A stretch of DNA of 64,000 bases from Antechinus flavipes (lineage: Eukaryota): contig NC_067399.1 of assembly GCF_016432865.1 (NCBI RefSeq), forward strand, positions 330,460,001-330,524,000, written 5' to 3'. Position 1 is the first letter of the stretch. Each line of letters starts with the position of its first letter. Below the pieces are notes generated by a model that saw only the letters and a list, made by a program, of their open reading frames with translations, searched no databases and had not been told where the DNA came from. This document shows positions 63,480 to 64,000 of the stretch, in pieces. A program made the translations under genes and the position numbers.

Positions 63480-64000
63480 AGATGCTAACAGCTTGGAGGT
63501 GGGGTAAGGAGAAGTCAGAAAGGGACTCTATGGAGGTGGGTATTTGAGCTGAATTTTGAAGAAAACTATAAATTTCATGGATTCTAAGAGGTCAGAATGA
63601 GGAAGGGGTATGTTCCAAGTTTAGGAGTAGCTTATACAGAGGGAAAGAGATGGAAGATGAATATCACATGGACAGAGAAGCAAGAGGAGTTTGGTTGAAC
63701 CATAGAGTATATGACAGTGATTGATGTCTAATGGAGCTAAGAAAGTAGGTTGGGCCCAGTACTGAAGGGCTTTGAATACCACAGGAATTCACTGAGCAGG
63801 GCAATGATATAGTTGAGCTTCAGGAACATCAGTTTGGCATCTATAAAAAATATAAAGAGATAACTCAGACAATGTACATGTAAAAATGATAAACTATAAA
63901 GGAATGATCTAGACAGAGAAATCTAAGAGAGAGAAAGTTCATTTACAAGTGGTCATCAGAGGGTGATAATGAAGTTTAGTGGAGGTGCTGGGCCTTGAAC
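63480..64000 (-). mobile_element. L2 fragment
   Basis: ggaggtgggtatttgagctgaattttgaag...gattctaagaggtcagaatgaggaaggg...aagaaagtaggttgggccc. Confidence 0.7.

Overview
AT-rich, CpG-depleted marsupial genomic DNA. The repeat set (WSINE1/Mar1-type CORE-SINEs, MIR, L2, CR1/L3, RTE-derived SINEs, marsupial L1 3' ends, hAT MITEs) points to an Australidelphian, probably dasyurid, genome (inference). It looks intergenic or deep-intronic: I found no intact protein-coding gene or RNA gene, and most listed ORFs are L1/L2 remnants or low-complexity sequence. The only gene-derived feature is a decayed processed pseudogene of HSPA8 (HSC70) at ~35455-38083, with its 3'UTR, AATAAA and an A-tail remnant. The most notable structure is a ~548-bp segment inserted into that 3'UTR (37338-37885). 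It is an inverted copy, ~94% identical by hand count, of sequence 3.0 kb downstream (40896-41440), and has no TSD or poly(A), so it reads as a locally templated insertion. Other items: an ORF2-deleted (HAL1-like) L1, two 7SL-derived retroposons, an ERV1-type internal remnant with an integrase C-terminal motif, three solo LTRs, several L1 insertions with intact TSDs, a perfect CTCF core motif, a CpG-retaining unique island around a 195-N gap, and an unexplained 17-bp inverted repeat. Family names come from recalled consensus sequences, not database searches, and boundaries of old repeats are approximate.
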